DNA of 64,000 nucleotides from Myxococcales bacterium (GTDB lineage Bacteria; Myxococcota; Myxococcia; Myxococcales; UBA5297): NCBI GenBank assembly GCA_050288705.1, contig JBNKEI010000093.1, positions 1,460 to 65,459 of the forward strand, read 5' to 3'. Shown piece by piece: positions 58,824 to 64,000 of this stretch (position 1 is its first letter; each line of letters starts with the position of its first letter). The notes under the pieces were generated by a model. It saw only the letters and a program-made list of their open reading frames with translations, ran no database searches and was not told where the DNA came from. The position numbers and the translations under genes were made by a program.

Positions 58824-59974
58824 ACGCAGATCCTAGAGGAGTTCTTTCTGGAAACCATTACCTGGACGGCGATCATGCGTGCAGCGAGGGGGCAATTGCC
58901 GCCGGCTGCCGATTCTCAGCTGGATACCCGATTACTCCTTCCACCGAAGTAGTTGAGCGGCTAGCTGCTCGCTTTCCGTTGGTAGGGGGAACTTTCATTC
59001 AAATGGAAGACGAGTTGGCTGCTTCTATTGCTGTTTTGGGAGCTTCTTGGGGAGGAGCCAAGGCCATTACTGTAACCTCGGGACCCGGTTTTTCTCTAAT
59101 GATGGAGCACATTGGTTTTGCGGCAATGACCGAAACCCCGGTGGTCTATGTAAATGTGCAACGAACCGGTCCCTCCACTGGGCTTCCTACTCAGCCTGGC
59201 CAGGCAGATATGATGCAGGCGCGATTTGGAAGCCATGGCGATTATCAAATCGTGGCTCTATGCCCGAATTCTCCCCAAGAATGTTTCGACCTTACCATTG
59301 AAGCATTTAACATTTCCGAGAAATTTCGCGTGCCCGTGTTGTTGATGCTTGATGAATGCGTTGGGCACATGACTGAAAAGGTGGTCATTCCCCCGGCAGA
59401 AAAAATTGAAATCGTCCCTCGCCGGCTTCCTCAGGAAAAAACTTCCGAAGCTCTTCCTTTTCGTCCAGTGGGCGGTTTAGTTCCCGAAATGTACCGGGCA
59501 GGAGATGGTCATCGCATTCATGTTACTGGCTTGACGCATGATGAGCGCGGTTATCCCGCTATGAATGCGCAAACTCACGACAAGCTTTTGAAACGCCTAT
59601 TCGCCAAAATCAACGAAAACGCCGACCAGATTATTCGGTTAGAAGAAAAAGAAATCGAGAAAGCAGAAGTTGTTCTGGTTTCTTACGGAATTACCTCTCG
59701 TATTGCCGAGCGTTCAGCAGAAATGGCGCGTGCCAAAGGCATAAAAGTGGGTACTCTTCGTTTGATCACTGCTTGGCCTTTTCCAGAAAAAAGAATTAGC
59801 GAATTGGCTAGCAAAGTGAAGGGATTAGTAGTCCCCGAACTTAACCTCGGCCAAATGGTTTTGGAAGTGGAACGAGCAGTAGCTGGCAAATGCAAAACCA
59901 TTCGCGTTCCCCATGCAGGAGGAACGGTGCACGACCCGCAAACTATTTACAATGCTATTTTGGAGGTAGCCTAA
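58820..59974 (+). CDS. korA: 2-oxoglutarate/2-oxoacid:ferredoxin oxidoreductase alpha subunit
   Basis: GTG 58820 is preceded by GGAGGAAAA. Motifs NHYLDGDHACSEGAIAAGCRF..GYPITPS and GPGFSLM. Confidence 0.92.
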   Translation: MNADPRGVLSGNHYLDGDHACSEGAIAAGCRFSAGYPITPSTEVVERLAARFPLVGGTFIQMEDELAASIAVLGASWGGAKAITVTSGPGFSLMMEHIGFAAMTETPVVYVNVQRTGPSTGLPTQPGQADMMQARFGSHGDYQIVALCPNSPQECFDLTIEAFNISEKFRVPVLLMLDECVGHMTEKVVIPPAEKIEIVPRRLPQEKTSEALPFRPVGGLVPEMYRAGDGHRIHVTGLTHDERGYPAMNAQTHDKLLKRLFAKINENADQIIRLEEKEIEKAEVVLVSYGITSRIAERSAEMARAKGIKVGTLRLITAWPFPEKRISELASKVKGLVVPELNLGQMVLEVERAVAGKCKTIRVPHAGGTVHDPQTIYNAILEVA

Positions 59975-60915
59975 TGGTTGCTATCACCCAGGAACTTTCC
60001 GCCACCCCTCAACCTGAACACCCAGCACACCGCTTTTTGCGCATGGAACGCATGCCTAGTATCTGGTGTCCAGGATGTGGAATCGGCACTACCGTGAATT
60101 GCTTTACCCGGGCGCTAACCTCTTGCGACCAAAATTTGGATAAAGTGGCTATTGTTTCCGGAATTGGCTGCACCGGACGAGTTGCTGGCTACCTGCGTCT
60201 TGATTCATTTCACACCACTCACGGCCGTGCTATTCCTTTTGCTACCGGTCTAAAACTAGCTAACCCTGAACTTTCGGTAGTAGTTTATTCGGGAGATGGA
60301 GATTTAACTGCTATTGGCGGCAACCATTTTATCCATGCTGCGCGTCGTAATATGGATATGCTGGTTATTTGCGTAAACAATTTCACCTACGGAATGACCG
60401 GAGGCCAAGTCACCCCCACAACCCCGGAATCAGCAATTGCCTCCACTACTCCTTACGGAGCATTTGAACCAACCTTTAACCTACCCTTCTTGGCTGATTC
60501 TTCCGGAGCAGTTTTTGTGGCGCGTTGGACTACTTTTCATGTTCAGCAGCTAGCCAAAACCATGCAAGAAGCCCTTTGCAAAAAAGGATTTCGTTTCATC
60601 GAAATTATTGCTCCTTGTCCAACCCTGTATCTAAGACGCAATCGATTAGGCGACGGACTAGATGAAATGCGTCATTACAAAAAAAATAGCGTAATCAAAA
60701 ATGGTTGCGATACGCGAGAAGTAGCCCTCAACTATCGTGGTCCGATTACCGTAGGAAAAATGGTAGATCGCGAACGTCCAACGTTTCAGGAATCTATGGA
60801 TAACCGCATGCGAAGTGTTTTGGGCGGAGAATATATTCCTTACTTTTCAAAAAAAACCTGCGTTGATCCTATTCTCGAAAACGAAGAACGAATGGATTTA
60901 GAAGGTATTGGTTAG
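59974..60915 (+). CDS. korB: 2-oxoacid:ferredoxin oxidoreductase beta (TPP-binding) subunit
   Basis: ATG 59974 overlaps the korA TAA (TAATG). Motifs WCPGCGIG, SGIGC and GDGDLTAIGGNH. Confidence 0.93.
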   Translation: MVAITQELSATPQPEHPAHRFLRMERMPSIWCPGCGIGTTVNCFTRALTSCDQNLDKVAIVSGIGCTGRVAGYLRLDSFHTTHGRAIPFATGLKLANPELSVVVYSGDGDLTAIGGNHFIHAARRNMDMLVICVNNFTYGMTGGQVTPTTPESAIASTTPYGAFEPTFNLPFLADSSGAVFVARWTTFHVQQLAKTMQEALCKKGFRFIEIIAPCPTLYLRRNRLGDGLDEMRHYKKNSVIKNGCDTREVALNYRGPITVGKMVDRERPTFQESMDNRMRSVLGGEYIPYFSKKTCVDPILENEERMDLEGIG

Positions 60916-60927
60916 GAGCAATAAATT

Positions 60928-61494
60928 ATGGCAGTTACAGAAATCAAGCTAGGTGGTCTTGGTGGGCAAGGAGTGATTCTTGGTGGAATGATCATAGGAA
61001 AGGCTGCCGCCCTTTATGACAATAAATATTCCACTCTGACTCAAGCATTTGGACCGGAAGCCCGCGGCTCAGCTTGCAGCGCGCAAGTAGTAATAGATGA
61101 TTCGGTTATTCTATACCCTTATGTGCATCGGCCACATATCATGGTAACTATGAGTCAGGATGCATTAACTAGATTTGGTCCTGAGCTTCGCGATGATGGA
61201 ATTCTTTTATACGAAGAAGAATTAGTCCGCCCCAATGAATTGCCAAACGAGTTAGGAAAAAAAATCCATAGTTTTGGCGTTCCCGCCACCCGGCTGGCAG
61301 AAGAATTAGGACGAAAAATGGTGCTCAACATTGTAATGGTGGGTTTTTTCACTGCCATTGTTCGTCTAGTTGGCGAAGAAGCCATGCGCCTGGCGGTAGC
61401 CGATTCGGTACCAAAAAATACGGTGGAGCTAAATCTTCGGGCATTTGATCGCGGTTGGGAATACGGAAAGCAATTGCTTGCTAAAAAGCAGTAA
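60928..61494 (+). CDS. korC: 2-oxoacid:ferredoxin oxidoreductase gamma subunit
   Basis: GLGGQGVILGGMIIGKAA, and a length and position typical of the gamma subunit. Confidence 0.9.
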   Translation: MAVTEIKLGGLGGQGVILGGMIIGKAAALYDNKYSTLTQAFGPEARGSACSAQVVIDDSVILYPYVHRPHIMVTMSQDALTRFGPELRDDGILLYEEELVRPNELPNELGKKIHSFGVPATRLAEELGRKMVLNIVMVGFFTAIVRLVGEEAMRLAVADSVPKNTVELNLRAFDRGWEYGKQLLAKKQ

Positions 61495-61556
61495 TTCTTG
61501 GTCCTTAACCATAGCAACCGCTTGCCGAAATCTATACCAAGCCAAAATTGCCACTC

Positions 61557-62756
61557 ATGAGCGAACCCCGATTCTTCAACACTGCTGGTCCCGTCAATAG
61601 TGAGTGGCATTATTTGGTACCGCCCCTTTCGCGTATTGATCTAGACGGCGTGCAGTCGCTCGTTAATCAACGCAAGTACTTTGTTCTCCATGCCCCTCGC
61701 CAGACCGGAAAAACTTCCTGCTTGAACGCTTTGGCGGAACACCTGAATGCTCAGGGCAAATATCGAGCGTGCTACATTAATGTGGAAATTGGGCAACCAG
61801 CGCGCGATGATACCGAGAAAGCCTTCTCGGGAATTGATCGCGAGCTAGTTTGGGCAGCGCGAGCCATGGGTGAGCCGCGCCTTGATCTTTTTCGCAAAGA
61901 GCTGGCTAGCGATTGGAATGCGGTTAACACTTTTTCTGAGCTACTAGGTCGCTGGGCGGAACTCGATCTCACTAAGCCGGCAGTGCTTATTATTGACGAA
62001 GTCGATGCGCTGGTCGGAGATACACTCATCACCCTGCTTCGGCTTCTGCGCACCGGATACAACAAACGCCCGCGATGGTTCCCTTCCAGCGTGATTCTGT
62101 GCGGAATACGTGACGTGTGGGATTACCGGCTGTTTTCTTCGGCAGAGAAAACCGTTATCACCGGTGGCTCGGCATTTAATATAAAAGCAGAATCACTTCG
62201 CCTAGGTGATTTTAATCGGCAACAGGTGGAAATGCTGCTTAGTAAACACACCGCCGCCACCGGCCAAATCTTTACACCAGAAGCAAGCAACACCATTTGG
62301 AGCCTTACCCAAGGGCAACCTTGGCTAGTTAACGCCCTTGCTTACCAAGCTTGCTTTGTAGATAAGCAAGGCAAAGACCGATCACATCGTATTGATCACC
62401 AACTAATCGACACCTCGAAAGAAGCTCTCATCTCTCGGCGAGACACTCATGTTGATCAGCTTGCCGATAAACTGAGAGAAAAGAGAGTTCACCAGGTTAT
62501 CCAGCCCATTCTCGCCGGATCAACTCTAGACGAGGTTTCCTCGGATGACCTGCAATATTGTCTTGACCTAGGGCTAGTCCGGGAAACTCCCACTGGAATC
62601 GCAATCTCCAATCCCATTTATCGTGAAGTCATCCCCCGAGAGCTAACTTGGGTCACCTAGGAAAGTTTGAAAAGCGTTTTCTTTCCCGATTGGATTAAAC
62701 CTGACCAATGTCTCGATTTGGGGAAGCTTCTCTTAGCGTTCCAAGATTTCTATCAG
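61557..62756 (+). pseudogene. AAA-ATPase-like (P-loop) family gene, interrupted by an in-frame TAG (62658-62660) and lacking its 3' nuclease-like portion
   Basis: MSEPRFFNTAGPV, Walker A HAPRQTGKTS and LIIDEVDAL. After the TAG the same frame continues ESLKSVFFPDWIKPDQCLDLGKLLLAFQDFYQ, which matches the remembered continuation of this family. Similarity stops near 62756, next to the integrase 3' end. Confidence 0.55.
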
Positions 62757-64000
62757 ATAAATACTTGCTCAAAAAAACCTAGCAACTACGGCGACTTAGA
62801 CGCTACAAAACTGGCCGTGCCTTGATTGTGCCGCTCGGTTACATTGGTTTCGGACCGATCAAGAACCTGCACCGCTGACCGTTTGGTTTCGGGTGAAAGG
62901 TGAGCATAGAGCATGGTCATATCTATGGTGGAATGACCCAAAAGCTCTTGAATCACCTTTAGTGGCACGCCTTTCATTGCGAGGTGGCTTGCGTAGGTAT
63001 GGCGCAAATCATGCCACCCAATAACGCTGCCCTCGCGGCTAATTCCCGCATTACACAAAACCTTGGTACGTAATGCGTTCATTCTCCCTTCAGTCATTGG
63101 GGAACCGTCTGGTCTGCAAAACACATACAATCCTTTGGAGTGCCGATGTGCTCGAAGCGCCTCGACCAAAGACCGTGGAATATCCACCGTTCGTGAACGT
63201 CCGCTTTTAGTAGGGCCAATATTCCCATCGGAAATCGACCGGCGTACAATGATTGTTGCGTTATCAAAATCGATATCGTTCCATTGCAGGCCAATTATTT
63301 CTCCAATGCGTAGTCCTGCCTTTAGCGCAATCATGATTGCTATTCGAAGGTCTGGCGGGGCTACCTCAATCAGTCGATCCGCTTCTTCAAACGAGAGAAA
63401 ATCAAATTTTTTCTCTCCCTTCTTAAGCAGTTTTAAACGCGGATTCCCGGAAATGATTTTCCACTCTTGAGCGATTCTTAACATCCTTTTCAAAACAAGC
63501 AGAACGATATTGATGGTCGCTGCATTTAGATGCATCTTGCTCCTGTTTCCTGCCGAAATCTTGTTTTTAAGAACATTTTTAAGGTTCTCGATTTCAACCT
63601 CATTTATCGCGTCAAGTCGCTTACTACCCAGTGCCGGAATAAGATGTAGATCTAATATACATTGCCTGGTCTTCACCGTATTCGGCCGATTGTTATTTTT
63701 CACATAGGTCATAAACTGGGGCACAAATTCCGCCAACGTCGGCACCTCCTTTTTCACACGGTCTGGACTGAGTAGCGCTTGCCGAACTTGCCGCTCATAT
63801 TCCTCGGCTCCCCGTTTGGTCTGCATTGGGGATACTTTCCGGATTCGCTCTCTCCTGCCATCCGCATGTTCGAAATCCACATCCACAACCCACTTGTCTA
63901 CTTTGGTTCCATCCTTGTTCTTGTAACTTCTCCGATAAACGCTCATTTTTTAAGACCTCCCCGAGCGAGAACCAGAGCACTTGCCGCGCACCCACATTAC
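62757..64000. mobile_element. Probable left end of an integrated element (integrase-proximal end). The remainder is outside the window.
   Basis: The integrase gene abuts the point where the AAA-ATPase-like reading frame loses family similarity. No att repeat could be defined within the window. Confidence 0.4.
62786..63946 (-). CDS. Tyrosine recombinase / phage-type integrase
   Basis: Catalytic-domain motifs AGLRIGEIIGLQW (Arg), WHDLRHTYASHL (His-x-x-Arg) and LLGHSTIDMTMLYAHL (His...Tyr). There is an N-terminal arm-type DNA-binding region. GGAGG lies upstream of ATG 63946. Confidence 0.92.
   Translation of the reverse strand: MSVYRRSYKNKDGTKVDKWVVDVDFEHADGRRERIRKVSPMQTKRGAEEYERQVRQALLSPDRVKKEVPTLAEFVPQFMTYVKNNNRPNTVKTRQCILDLHLIPALGSKRLDAINEVEIENLKNVLKNKISAGNRSKMHLNAATINIVLLVLKRMLRIAQEWKIISGNPRLKLLKKGEKKFDFLSFEEADRLIEVAPPDLRIAIMIALKAGLRIGEIIGLQWNDIDFDNATIIVRRSISDGNIGPTKSGRSRTVDIPRSLVEALRAHRHSKGLYVFCRPDGSPMTEGRMNALRTKVLCNAGISREGSVIGWHDLRHTYASHLAMKGVPLKVIQELLGHSTIDMTMLYAHLSPETKRSAVQVLDRSETNVTERHNQGTASFVASKSP

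Overview
This is a 64-kb chromosomal window from a Gram-negative-type bacterium. The evidence for that envelope type is lipoboxes, an outer-membrane beta-barrel ending in Phe, and a TolB-like propeller. The gene content (Hanks kinases with PEGA-like tails, TPR/transglutaminase exoproteins, prkA-yhbH-spoVR, a four-subunit 2-oxoacid:ferredoxin oxidoreductase) suggests a delta-proteobacteria-like lineage such as Myxococcota or Bdellovibrionota, but that is inference only. No rRNA, tRNA or CRISPR array was found.

Most of the window is housekeeping: secA-folB, rimK, treY, ribF, trmB, tilS-ftsH-folP, manC, uppP, galU, nadD and korDABC. Six things are less ordinary:
1. A 1060-aa orphan protein (3621-6803, minus) has a Cys/Met-metabolism PLP-enzyme domain embedded between two large unrecognised regions.
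2. A translationally coupled TolB-like lipoprotein and a 1260-aa TPR/DUF3857/transglutaminase-like exoprotein lie next to it.
3. An ablA-ablB (N-epsilon-acetyl-beta-lysine) cassette is followed by a second KamA-family radical-SAM paralog.
4. A minimal CheA-like kinase has only HPt and HATPase domains.
5. Two intergenic loci (about 27674-27759 plus strand, 45315-45469 minus strand) share a near-identical TTG[C/G]TATAGAAT box, a GGT-polyC tract and an identical GCTTCTTTTTTT terminator tail. I read these as a possible small family of C-rich sRNAs.
6. At the right edge, an AAA-ATPase-like gene carries an in-frame TAG and loses its 3' end exactly where a tyrosine-integrase gene begins. This is probably the boundary of an integrated element whose cargo lies outside the window.

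All functional calls rest on motifs read by eye and remembered family signatures. No database search, folding or statistics were run. Several start codons were moved from the supplied ORF track and remain provisional.
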